From Eledone cirrhosa (lineage: Eukaryota): a stretch of 64,000 bases of DNA. This document shows, piece by piece, positions 26,232 to 39,786 of the stretch (position 1 is the first letter of the stretch; each line of letters starts with the position of its first letter). Both the position numbers and the translations under genes were made by a program. Under the pieces are notes generated by a model, which saw only the letters and a program-made list of their open reading frames with translations, made no database searches and was not told where the DNA came from. Where the stretch lies: NCBI GenBank assembly GCA_964016885.1, contig OZ024742.1:318432001-318496000 (forward strand). Direction: 5' to 3'.

Positions 26232-26570
26232 TAGGCACATGGCTTAGTGGTTAAAGCATTGGCCTTGCAATCGAAAGGTTGTGAGTTTATTGTTAGACCA
26301 GGTGATGTGTTGTTTCCTGGAGCAAGACACTTTATTTCACATTGCTCCAGTTTACTCAGCTGTAGAAATGAGATGATAGGGACTGAGGTCCCTATCGTTC
26401 CACTGCAAAGTGGATGTGTAGGCGCCACGGAAAAAAAGCACCCAGCACTTGCTGTAAATGAGGTCGGTGTTAGGAAGGGCATCCAGCTGTAGAAATCAAG
26501 CCAGAATCAGTTCCCGTCCCACCCTTGCAAGCAGGGAAAAGCGGACATAAAATGATGATGATGATGATGA
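26232..26570 (+). mobile_element. tRNA-derived SINE, family B, with RTE-derived 3' tail
   Basis: Head GGCACATGGCTTAGTGGTT..GTGAGTT; CCTTGAGCAAGACACTT-type core; tail GTTAGGAAGGGCATCCAGCTGTAGAAA..(GAT)n shared with the RTE 3' UTR. Second copy at 48545-48932. Confidence 0.9.
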
Positions 26571-26583
26571 TTACTCTATACTA

Positions 26584-26945
26584 GCTCTCTACATTCCAGA
26601 ACCACATCATGAGACTTATGACTGGCAAGGAGCTCAGCAAGCATATCTGTATCAGTGAGCTGCTCAACTTTACCAAACATCAATTGTCAAATCAAGAGTA
26701 CTCAAACTATACGGTCATATAAAAAGATCAACTCAAGGTGTGAGTAGGTTATGCCAGGAAGGAAGGCTGGCTGGTAAGAGAAGCAGAGGCCAGCAGCCAA
26801 AACAATGGCGTGATAATGTCAACTTATGGACTTGACTTGATCTTTGCTCTTTAAACTCTGCTACTGGTGATTGAACTTTGTTGAGAAGAATATCTCAAGT
26901 TGATGTGCAGTCTGCAACTGGCGGAGTTTAGCATCACAAGAAGAT
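26584..26945 (+). mobile_element. 3' fragment of a different RTE-type LINE nested in a piggyBac MITE
   Basis: Translates to ...LKLYGHIKRS...EGRLAGKRSRGQQPKQWRDNV. Flanked by a TATACTA duplication. Confidence 0.75.
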
Positions 26946-27200
26946 ATATACTACTATATTTTTGTGATAAAGGCTTTACCTCACATAATTATCTCACATA
27001 ATATTGAATCTATGAGATTTTGATATTATTTATTTTGAGAACAATACCTTGACATCAATATGAGCAGCTGGTTACAGCCAGTTTGAACAGAAATAGGTGA
27101 GAGAACTCTGGCCAGATGCGGCCGGTTTAAATGCTAAAGGGTTAAGACAATGATTAAATTTACTTTTTCTATCACCCAATTTAACTCACACATGCATATG

Positions 27201-27597
27201 TAAGATGTCCCCAAAAATTGTATACATACTTCATCAGCAAAAAAAAAATGTATTAAAATAAATTGTTTTGGTGAATTAGCAGTATCGGTAGAGGGTCGGA
27301 CACCATGCTTTCCAGCATAGTTACGTCCCTTTATGGTCTGAGTTCAAATCCCGTTGAGGTTAACTTTGCTTTGCATCCTTACGGGATCGATAAAATAAAG
27401 TACCAGTAATGTACTGGGTAATTGCTGGCCTTGTGCCAAAAGTAGAAACAATTATTTAAATTATGTAAACATTTTTGGGTGTTTACATAGAATTGAATTA
27501 TGTCTGTAGATCATTTTATTTTTGTGAAAGGCTGTGCATTCTAATAAATATACCTGTTGAGGTAATCAGTGTGTATACATTTTTTGGGGTGACCCTG
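27201..27597. mobile_element. Tc1/mariner-type MITE interrupted by a SINE
   Basis: Imperfect TIRs GATGTCCCCAAAAATTGTATACA / TGTATACATTTTTTGGGGTGACCCTG|TA. Confidence 0.6.
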
Positions 27598-28163
27598 TAT
27601 TTTGCGTGTCTGGTTTAGAATAGGTACACCATATACTTTTGTGTTGTAAAAGGGCTGGCAGCAGGAAGGACATTTGGCTGCAAAACATTGCCTCCAAAAG
27701 GACATACACACACACATCATTCTTATATCTCCATACATCACCATCATCATCGTTGTTATTTTAACATCCACTTTCCCTGCTAGCAAGGTTTGGACAGGTC
27801 TACATAGATCAAGTCAGTCCTGAAGTGGGGCTACTGACCTCTCAGACAAGCCAGGGGTCTCTTATCTCGCTTATGTATACTTCACCCTTATACTTATTTC
27901 ACTTTATCTATGTATACATACACCAATCAACATGATCCCAGACCTCATTCACTTACCAAGTGGAGTGGAACTTGTCAAATCGGACCAAGGAAACAATGTT
28001 TCTATTGGTCTTCTAACAGATGAAATATTTTTAAATATTATTCAGGTGTATAAAATGTTATATTTTCATTCCACCACTTCCCACACAAACATACACATCC
28101 CTACACACTCATGCATGCATTCACACACATACACACACACACATACATATACTTTTCATACAG

Positions 28164-28197
28164 AAAGACTCACCTCCAGGAATAAGGAAGAACTAAG
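28164..28197 (+). other. Candidate 34-nt exon (possibly 5' UTR or non-coding)
   Basis: acttttcatacag|AAAGAC...CTAAG|gtgagt, with strong consensus splice sites. It cannot join the 56656 exon in an open frame. Confidence 0.35.
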
Positions 28198-29079
28198 GTG
28201 AGTCTGGTGCATAGAAAACAGCTGCTATTCAAGATTATTTTATGCAGATTTGGGGCCTTGGCTCTTGTGGAAAACCTCATTGTCTAATGAAATGTATAAC
28301 TACTACCTAAACAAACAGACACACATATGTCTGTATATATGTTTGTTCAAGACCTGCAGATATACAAACACAGCCATTTGTAATAGTTGTGCCCCTAGTC
28401 AAGGCTCATAACTCTGATTGCTTCAGTTTGTCTGGCTGACATGTTACAATTATACTTTATAGTTGAGTGGTTTAAAATTAAAAAGAACATCCAGCTGGTA
28501 ATCAAAACAAAAGAAAATAATTTGGTGACAGCCTGTGTTTCTCTGACCTTCTCCAAATTGAAAATATAACTGACTTATATATACAAATAAACCTGTGTAT
28601 TTCTCTCTCTTGTTTTCTTACTCTCTCTCTCTCTCTCTCTCTCTCTCCCCCACAAAACAGACCAAGCAAAAGTAACTTGACAGGCTTTATTCAGGCTTTT
28701 ATTCAATTAATTATTCAATATAGAATACAACCGGCTGTGTGGACAACTAGTTAAGAAGTTTGCTTTACAATCATGAGGTGCTAGTTTAATTCTACTTTGG
28801 GTGGCATCTTGAGGCAGTATTTTATACCACAACCTTGGGTTGATCCAAGCTTGGATAGATGGGGAAACTATAGGGAAGTCCATCAAATAGCTTGTACATG
28901 TAATTCAAAGATCTGAACTTGTCATATATTGTATCACACTGAGTCAAATTGAGAATTACATTTTGGAATACTCAACCACTTATATGTTAATTTCGTAAGT
29001 TGGACATCCACTTGATTGAACAACTGAATACTCATTGTAGAAATCAACAAAGGATCCATCCAAAATAATATACACAATG

Positions 29080-32000
29080 AGCATCATCATCATCACCATT
29101 ATCATTGTCACCATCATCAATGTCACCACCATCATTGTCACCATCATCATTGTCACCATCATCATTGTCACCATCATCAATGTCACCACCATCATTGTCA
29201 CCATCATTATTGTCACCATCATCATTGTCACCATCATCATTGTCACCATCATCATTGTCACCACCATTATTATCACCATCATTATTGTCACCATCATTAT
29301 TGTCACCATCATTATTGTCACCATCATCAATGTCACCACCATCAATGTCACCATGATCATTGTCACCATCATTATTATCACCATCATTATTGTCACCATC
29401 ATCATTGTCACCATCATCATTGTCACCATGATCATTGTCACCACCATTATTATCACCATCATTATTGTCACCATCATTATTGTCACCATCATCAATGTCA
29501 CCACCATCATTGTCACCATCATTATTATCACCATCATTATTGTCACCATCATCATTGTCACCATCATCATTGTCACCATGATCATTGTCACCATCATTAT
29601 TATCACCATCATTATTGTCACCATCATTATTGTCACCATCATCATTGTCACCATCATTATTGTCACCATCATTGTCACCATCATTATTATCACCATCATT
29701 ATTGTCACCATCATTATTGTCACCATCATTATTGTCACCATCATTATTGTCACCATCATTATTATCACCATCATCATTGTCACCATCATTATTGTCACCA
29801 TCATTATTGTCACCATCATTATTGTCACCATCATCATTGTCACCATCATTATTGTCACCATCATCATTGTCACCATCATTATTGTCACCATCATCATTGT
29901 CACCATCATTATTGTCACCATCATCATTGTCACCATCATTATTGTCACCATCATTATTGTCACCATCATTATTGTCACCATCATCAATGTCACCTCCATC
30001 ATTGTCACCATCATTATTGTCACCATCATTATTGTCACCATCATCATTGTCACCATCATCATTGTCACCATCATCATTGTCACCATCATTATTGTCACCA
30101 TCATCATTGTCACCATCATTATTGTCACCATCATCATTGTCACCATCATCATTGTCACCATCATCATTGTCACCATCATCATTGTCACCATCATTATTGT
30201 CACCATCATTATTGTCACCATCATTATTGTCACCATCATTATTGTCACCATCATTATTGTCACCATCATCATTGTCACCATCATCATTGTCACCATCATT
30301 ATTGTCACCATCATTATTGTCACCATCATCATTGTCACCATCATCATTGTCACCATCATCATTGTCACCATCATCATTGTCACCATCATTATTGTCACCA
30401 TCATTATTGTCACCATCATCATTGTCACCATCATTATTGTCACCATCAACATTGTCACCATCATCATTGTCACCATCATTATTGTCACCATCATCAATGT
30501 CACCACCATCATTGTCACCATCATTATTGTCACCATCATCATTGTCACCACCATCATTGTCACCATCATCATTGTCACCATCATCATTGTCACCACCATT
30601 ATTGTCACCATCATTGTCACCATCATTATTGTCACCATCATCATTGTCACCACCATCATTGTCACCATCATCATTGTCACCATCATCATTGTCACCACCA
30701 TTATTGTCACCATCATTATTGTCACCATCATTATTGTCACCATCATTGTCACCATCATCATTGTCACCATCATCATTATCACCATCATTATTGTCACCAT
30801 CATTATTGTCACCATCATTATTGTCACCATCATTGTCACCATCATTATTGTCACCATCATCATTGTCACCATCATTATTGTCACCATCATTATTGTCACC
30901 ATCATTATTGTCACCACCATTATTATCACCATCATTATTGTCACCACCATCATTGTCACCATCATTATTGTCACCATCATCATTGTCACCATCATCATTG
31001 TCACCATCATCATTATCACCACCATCATTGTCACCACCATTATTGTCACCATTATTGTCACCATCATCATTGTCACCATCATCAATGTCACCACCATCAT
31101 TGTTACCATCATCATTGTCACCATCATCAATGTCACCACCATCATTGTCACCATCATCATTGTCACCATCATCATTGTCACCATCATCATTGTCACCATC
31201 ATCATTGTCACCATCATTATTGTCACCATCATCATTGTCACCATCATCATTATCACCATCATTATTGTCACCATCATTATTGTCACCATCATCATTGTCA
31301 CCACCATTATTATCACCATCATCATTGTCACCATCATCATTGTCACCATCATTGTCACCATCATTATTGTCACCATCATCATTGTCACCATCATTATTGT
31401 CACCATCATTATTGTCACCATCATTATTGTCACCATCATTATTGTCACCATCATCATTGTCACCATCATCATTGTCACCATCATTGTCACCATCATTATT
31501 GTCACCATCATCATTGTCACCATCATTATTGTCACCATCATCATTGTCACCATCATTATTGTCACCATCATCATTGTCACCATCATCATTGTCACCACCA
31601 TTATTATCACCATCATCATTGTCACCATCATCATTGTCACCATCATTGTCACCATCATCATTGTCACCATCATTATTGTCACCATCATCATTGTCACCAT
31701 CATTATTGTCACCATCATCATTGTCACCATCATTGTCACCATGATCATTGTCACCATCATTATTGTCACCATCATTATTGTCACCATCATCATTGTCACC
31801 ATCATTATTGTCACCATCATTATTGTCACCATCATCATTGTCACCATCATTATTGTCACCATCATCATTGTCACCATCATTATTGTCACCATCATTATTG
31901 TCACCATCATCATTGTCACCACCATTATTATCACCATCATCATTGTCACCATCATCATTGTCACCATCATTGTCACCATCATTATTGTCACCATCATCAT

Positions 32001-34460
32001 TGTCACCATCATTATTGTCACCATCATCATTGTCACCACCATCATTGTCACCATCATTATTGTCACCATCATCATTGTCACCACCATCATTGTCACCACC
32101 ATCATTGTCACCATCATCATTGTCACCATCATTATTGTCACCATCATCATTGTCACCATCATTATTATCACCATAATCAATGTCACCACCATCATTGTCA
32201 CCATCATCATTGTCACCATCATTATTGTCACCATCATCATTGTCACCATCATCAATGTCACCACCATCATTGTCACCATCATCATTATCACCACCATCAT
32301 TGTCACCATCATTATTGTCACCACCATCATTGTCACTATCATTATTGTCACCATCATCATTGTCACCACCATTATTGTCACCATCATTATTGTCACCATC
32401 ATCATTGTCACCACCATTATTATCACCATCATTATTGTCACCATCATTATTGTCACCATCATCAGTGTCACCACCATCATTGTCACCATCATTATTGTCA
32501 CCATCATCATTGTCACCACCATCATTGTCACCATCATCATTGTCACCATCAATGTCACCATCATTATTGTCACCATCATCAATGTCACCACCATCATTGT
32601 CACCATCATCAATGTCACCACCATTATTATCACCATCATTATTGTCACCATCATTATTGTCACCATCATTGTCACCTCCATCATTGTCACCATCATTGTC
32701 ACCATCATTATTGTCACCATCATCATTGTCACCATCATCATTGTCACCATCATCATTGTCACCATCATCATTGTCACCATCATCATTGTCACCATCATTA
32801 TTGTCACCATCATTATTGTCACCACCATCATTGTCACCATCATTATTGTCACCATCATTGTCACCATCATCATTGTCACCATCATTATTGTCACCATCAT
32901 TATTGTCACCATCATCATTGTCACCACCATCATTGTCACCATCATCATTGTCACCATCAATGTCACCATCATTATTGTCACCATCATTGTCACCATCATT
33001 ATTGTCACCATCATCAATGTCACCACCATCATTGTCACCATCATCAATGTCACCACCATTATTATCACCATCATTATTGTCACCATCATTATTGTCACCA
33101 TCATTGTCACCTCCATCATTGTCACCATCATCATTGTCACCATCATCATTGTCACCATCATCATTGTCACCATCATCATTGTCACCATCATCATTGTCAC
33201 CATCATCATTGTTACCATCATTATTGTCACCATCATTATTGTCACCACCATCATTGTCACCATCATTATTGTCACCATCATTGTCACCATCATCATTGTC
33301 ACCATCATCATTGTCACCATCATTATTGTCACCATCATTATTGTCACCACCATCATTGTCACCATCATTATTGTCACCATCATTATTGTCACCATCATCA
33401 TTGTCACCATCATTATTGTCACCATCATTGTCACCATCATTATTATCACCATCATCATTGTCACCATCATTATTGTCACCATCATTATTGTCACCATCAT
33501 CATTGTCACCATCATCATTGTCACCATCATCATTGTCACCATCATCATTGTCACCATCATTATTGTCACCATCATTATTGTCACCATCATTATTGTCACC
33601 ATCATCATTGTCACCATCATCATTGTCACCATCATTATTGTCACCATCATCATTGTCACCATCATCATTGTCACCATCATTATTGTCACCATCATTATTA
33701 TCACCATCATTATTATCACCACCATCATTGTCACCATCATTATTGTCACCATCATCAATGTCACCACCATCATTGTCACCATCATTATTGTCACCATCAT
33801 CATTGTCACCATCATCATTATCACCATCATTATTGTCACCATCATTATTGTCACCATCATTGTCACCATCATCAATGTCACCTCCATCATTGTCACCATC
33901 ATCATTGTCACCATCATCATTGTCACCATCATCATTGTCACCATCATCATTGTCACCATCATTATTGTCACCATCATTATTGTCACCATCATCATTGTCA
34001 CCATCATTATTGTCACCATCATTGTCACCATCATTATTGTCACCATCATTGTCACCATCATCATTGTCACCATCATTATTGTCACCATCATTGTCACCAT
34101 CATCATTGTCACCATCATAATTGTCACCATCATCAATGTCACCACCATCATCATTGTCACCATCATTATTGTCACCATCATCATTGTCACCATCATCATT
34201 GTCACCATCATCATTGTCACCATCATCAATGTCACCACCATCATCATTGTCACCATCATCATTATTGTCACCATCTTCATTGTCACCATCATCATTGTCA
34301 CCATCATCATTGTCACCATCATCATTGTCACCATCATCATTATCACCATCATCATTGTCACCATCATCATTATCACCATCATTGTCACCATCATCATTGT
34401 CACCATCATCATTGTCACCATCATCATCGTCACCACCATCACCGTCACCACCATCTTCGT
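29080..34460. repeat. 5.4-kb minisatellite, 15-bp unit ATTGTCACCATCAT(C/T), ~360 units
   Basis: Seen directly, with 12- and 18-bp variant units. It produces ~1800-codon stop-free frames on both strands. Confidence 0.98.
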
Positions 34461-34599
34461 CACGTAAAAGACACTTGGCCCAAGGTGCCATGTTGTAGGT
34501 TTGAACCTAGCACCATGTATTGTAAAGAGAACTATTTATACACATGACTGTGAAACACCCAATCAATATTTATAAGCAAATATCTTTATTTACAGAAAT

Positions 34600-34872
34600 A
34601 TTTATCACTCTGATCAATCAACAAGATCCCAGACCTCATTCACTTGCTGAGTGGGGTGGGCCTCGTCAAATTGGACCATTGGACCAAGGAAACAATGTTT
34701 CCATTGGTCTTTCCATTGCTGATACTATCTACCGGTCGCAACTCCTGGCAGAAGGAGCAACGTGAAATAAAATGCCTTGCTCAAAGACACAATGCATCAC
34801 CCAGTCCGAGAATTGAACCTGCACCCTCGCGATTGTGAATCCAACTCTCTAAACACTAAGCCACGCCCCTTC
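34600..34872 (-). mobile_element. tRNA-derived SINE, family C
   Basis: Minus-strand head GGCGTGGCTTAGTG..GGTTCAATTCTC; body shared with the + copy at 47320-47530 and a fragment at 27930-28012. Confidence 0.8.
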
Positions 34873-36209
34873 AGAAATATTTATACAAAGCAATAAGTAA
34901 ATTAAGAATAGAATAAAAATAAAATAAATTAAGCAATGCAGGGGGGGGGGGGGTGACAGACCAATCAATTACCCATTAATTAACAAGTTAGATGATCAGT
35001 TGAATGAATTACAGATTGCTCATCTTTGAAACTCATAGAAGATTCATCACTTAACACATGAAAAGCCACAGCTTGTTTGTATTTCATTTTATTTCATGTC
35101 ACATTTAGTCAACCATAGTATCATTGGTAACAGGTGTCCAACAGGTCAGTCACTGGTTCACTGTATTTCTGACAGTGATAGTGACTAGAAAGTGTCTGGT
35201 CAACTCAAGTGGAATAAATTTTACACAAAGTATATTTATTCAAAAGCACAAAGCTTCTGGGTGGGGGTTCTGTATTATTTGACAACTTTCATTTATTTTA
35301 AAGAATTTATATTTATCTAAAAACCTTCTATCATAATTTTATGTGAGTGTTAGTAATTCATGTGGTAAATACACCCAGTACACTCTGTAAAGTGGTTGAT
35401 GATAGGAAAGGCATTCAGCCATAGAAAACTTGCCAAACAAAAGGTTGAGAGAACTCTTCACTTAACCTCTCTAGTGTTAGTGATTTACATGCTAAACATA
35501 CTGAGTACATTATGTAAAGTGGGTGGTGATAGGAAGAGTATCCAGCCCTAGAAAACATGACAAATAAAGGACGGAGAGAACTGTTCAGTTGTGTCAAGAA
35601 CATGACAATCTCTATAGTGCTAATGTCATAATAAAATGCACTTCAACCTTTGCTATCAGAGAAAGTGAACATGAAAAACGATCAAGATACTTTATTACAA
35701 CTTAATAATGAGCAAGTTATGTTTTATTATTAAATCCCTCCTTAGGGTGGTGGATTGGCAGTATCAGTAGAGAGTCGGACACCATGCTTTGCAGCATAGA
35801 GCTACGTCCCTTTACGATCTGAGTTCAAATCTCGCCGAGGTTAACTTTGCCTTTCATCCTTACGAGGTCAATAAAATAAAGTACCAGTAATGCACTGGGG
35901 TAATTACTGGCCTTGTGCCAAAAGTAAAAACAATTATTAAATCCTTCCTTTGGATTGGCAGAATCGATAGAGCGTTGGACAACATGCTTAGCAGCATAGA
36001 ATTGTGGCTCTTTACGTTCTGAGTTCAAATCCCGCCGAGGTTCACTTTACCTTTCATCCTTACGGGGCTGATAAAATAAAGTACCAGTAATGCATTGGGG
36101 TCAATTTAATCAATGTTCCCCTCTCCAATATTGTTGGCCTTGTGCCTAAATCAGAAATCATGATTAAATCCCTCCAAATTCGTCATTATTTTCAAAATTA
36201 ATTGGAAGT

Positions 36210-37420
36210 CATAGTGGTGGTGGTGGTGGTGGTAGATATGATTTCTATCATAACATAGTGGTGGTGGTAGTAGTGGTAGATATGATTTCTATCATAACAT
36301 AGTGGTGGTGGTGGTGGTGGTAGATATGATTTCTATCATAACATAGTGGTGGTGGTGGTGGTGGTAGATATGATTTCTATCATAACATAGTGGTGGTGGT
36401 GGTGGTAGATATGATTTCTATCATAACATAGTGGAGGTGCTGGTGGTGGTGGTGGTGGTAGATATGATTTCTATCATAACATAGTGGTGGTGGTAGTAGT
36501 GGTAGATATGATTTCTATCATAACATAGTGGTGGTGGTAGTAGTGGTAGTGGTAGATATGCTTTCTATCATAACATAGTGGTGGTGGTAGTAGTGGTAGA
36601 TATGATTTCTATCATAACATGGAGGTGCTGGTAGTAGTGGTAGATATGATTTCTATCATAACATAGTGGTGGTGGTGGTAGTAGTGGTAGATATGATTTC
36701 TATCATAACATAGTGGTGGTGGTGGTAGATATGATTTCTATGATAACATAGTGGTGGTGGTGGTAGTAGTGGTAGATATGATTTCTATCATATCATAGTG
36801 GAGGTGGTGGTGGTAGATATGATTTCTATCATAACATAGTGGAGGTGGTGGTAGTAGTGGTAGATATGATTTCTATCATATCATAGTGGAGGTGGTGGTG
36901 GTAGATATGATTTCTATCATAACATAGTGGAGGTGGTGGTGGTGGTGGTAGATATGATTTCTATGATAACATAGTGGAGGTGGTGGTGGTAGATATGATT
37001 TCTATCATAACATAGTGGTGGTGGTGGTGGTGGTGGTGGTAGATATGATTTCTATCATAACATAGTGGTGGTGGTGGTGGTGGTGGTAGATATGATTTCT
37101 ATCATAACATAGTGGTGGTGGTGGTGGTGGTGGTGGTAGATATGATTTCTATCATAACATAGTGGAGGTGGTGGTGGTAGATATGATTTCTATCATAACA
37201 TAGTGGAGGTGCTGGTAGTAGTGGTAGATATGATTTCTATCATGACATAGTGGAGGTGGTGGTGGTGGTGAGGGTGGTAGACATGGTGCACATGATAGGT
37301 AGTGGTGGTGGTGGTAGTGGCATTGGTAAATATGATTTCTATCATAACATAGTGGAGGTGGTGGTGGTAGTGGTAGATATGATTTCTATCATGACATAGT
37401 GGAGGTGGTGGTAGTGGTGG
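36210..37420. repeat. Array of ~25 conserved hairpin cores (TAGATATGATTTCTATCATAACATAG) separated by variable (GGT)n spacers
   Basis: Counted by eye. The core contains the inverted repeat ATGAT-TTCT-ATCAT. Confidence 0.95.
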
Positions 37421-39413
37421 TGGTGGTGGTGGTGGCCATGGTTCACATCATCAAAGATTGTGGTAGTGAAGGAGGTAGTGAAGTACGACTATAATAATAT
37501 AATATAGTTAATAATATAATATAGCAACCTCATAACTGATAAAAATATCATAGCTAAGCAATGTATTAGTGGTGGTGGTGGTGGTGTTTGTGAGTGAGGT
37601 GTTAGTGGTGGTGATGGTGATGGTGTTTGTGAGTGAGGTGGTGATGATGATAGTGACATTGTTGGTATTTGTTAGGTGTTAGTGGTGGTGGTGGTGTTGG
37701 TGTTTGTGAAGTGTTAGTGGTGGTAGTGTTGGTTTTGGTACAACAGTATTGAATCAATATTCATATAATTATAGTGTTGTTATTGTTGTTTGCCTCTATT
37801 TCGTGGAGAGGCTTCTATTTCGTGGAGACTGTCATTGTATTTCAACTTTGACCATCCTATCTTTTAAGTTAGAATTATTGCTTTAGGCTTTATGTCTTAA
37901 ATCTATTTCTTCCATGCTTGCACAGATTGAGTGAAGCCTATGGCTTATCCCAGTTTCATGGGCATTAAGTAACTTAGAGTACAAGAACAGGATGCTATGT
38001 GTCTGTTCTTCTTTGTTTAACCCTTTAGCATTTAAACTGGCCATAAGTGGCTGCTCATACTCATGTTAGGGTATTGTTCTCAAAATATATATCAAAATCT
38101 TTTTAGATTCGATATTATGCAAGATAATTATGTAAAATAAAACCTTTGCCACAAAAATACAATAGTATATATAGAGTAATGTAAATGCTAAAGGATTAAC
38201 TTTTTTTGTTACCATATTTCAATTAATTTCGAAAATAATCAAAAATCTTGAGGGATTTAGTAATATAACTATTTTCCATTTTAAGTTTGAAACAAAGTTT
38301 TTGTACATAAAATTATGATGAAAGGTTTTAATTTAAGAATAAACATACAAAATCACCTTAAAACCTGCCCTGATTCTATGTATGATACAAAACTTTGTTT
38401 TAAAGTGTTTATATTTATCTAAATTTGTTATACTTTGAAAGGGTTGTGCTGCCAATAAAATCACATGTACCAATTGAGCTTGACATCAGTTTTATTATTA
38501 CCTAACTAGATTAGTGGATTGGCAGTATCGGTAGCGCATTGGACAAGCTTAGCGGCATAGAATTACGACCCTTTACATTCTGAGTTCAAATCCCGCCGAG
38601 GTTAGCTTTACCTTTCATCCTTACAGGGTCAATAAAATTAAGTACCAGCAATGCTCTGGGGTTGATTTAATCAACTTTCCCCTCCTCCAAAATTGCTGGC
38701 CTTATGCCTATAAGTAGAAATTATTACCAAACTAGGTTGTGGATTGGCAGTATTGGTAGAGCAGCAGACAACAAGCTTAGGGCATAGTTACGACCCTTTA
38801 CTTTTTAAGTTCAAATCCTACTGAGGTTAGCTTTACCTTTCATCCTTATGGGGTCGATAAAATAAAGTACCAGTAATGCACTAGGGTCAATTTAATCGAC
38901 TTTCCCTTTCCCCCAATGTTGTTGGCCTTGTGCCTAAATCAGAAACCATTTTTACGTAACTAATTATTCTTCTAACACTAACACAAGACCAGCAATTTAT
39001 GGGAATGAGAAAGTCGATTATATCAACACCAGTACTTAACTGGTACTTTAACCCTTTATCAATTACATTACTCTATATATACTATTGTATTTTCACAGTA
39101 AAGGCTTTATCTCACATAATATCAAATATATGAAGTTTTGATGTTATTTATTTTGAGAACAATACCTTAACATAAGTATGTGTGGCCAGTTACGGCCGAT
39201 TTGAACAGAAAGAGGTAAAAGAATTCTGGCTGAATAGGGCCGATTTGAATGCTAAAGTGTTAAATATTGGGGTTGATATAATTGACTTTCCGCTACCCAC
39301 AAATTGTTGGCCTAGTGCCAATGCTAGAAAGAATTATTAGTTAGAAAATAATAAAACCAAAGTGCAGCTCAACTAGTGTGTGTATTTTTATTTGGCAGCA
39401 TAAGCCTCTATAG

Positions 39414-39786
39414 CAGAGGTTATCAAATTTTGGGACCACCCCCCGCCCCTCACGGTCACATTATACCCTCGGCACCACCACCCTCACCCTATTTCCAGAG
39501 AGACCTGCCTACATGCAAATTGTGAATAATATATAATGAATGAAATCGTTAATTTAGATATAATTATTTCTACTTTCGGCACAAGGCCAATTAATTTATA
39601 TATAATAGACATTATAATAAATAAATATTATATATTTTTTAATTTACTATATTTGTATATAATATGTATCATTTGATATTTAATATACTATTACATAATC
39701 TCTACCACCCCCACCCCGTTAGGCACCAGTGCCCCAAGACCTTCTCACCCCTGGAGGTAGTAGCACCCACTTTGAGAGAACCTTTG
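39414..39786. mobile_element. hAT-superfamily MITE
   Basis: TIRs CAGAGGTT.TC / GAGAACCTTTG with a perfect 8-bp TSD CTCTATAG. A copy in the opposite orientation at 59489-59803 has TSD CTATAGAT/CTGTAGAC. Confidence 0.9.

Noticed and set aside
28980-34498. Giant M/V/T-, I/V/T- and S/P/L-rich proteins
   Set aside because: These are translations of a stop-free 15-bp satellite in several frames at once, with no non-repetitive domain.
35110-35150. Possible first coding exon of RAB11FIP
   Set aside because: The splice signals are plausible, but the peptide (STIVSLVTGVQQ) and phase do not fit the C2 N-terminus.
36210-37420. CRISPR array
   Set aside because: The spacers are (GGT)n microsatellite rather than unique sequences, there are no cas genes, and the context is eukaryotic.
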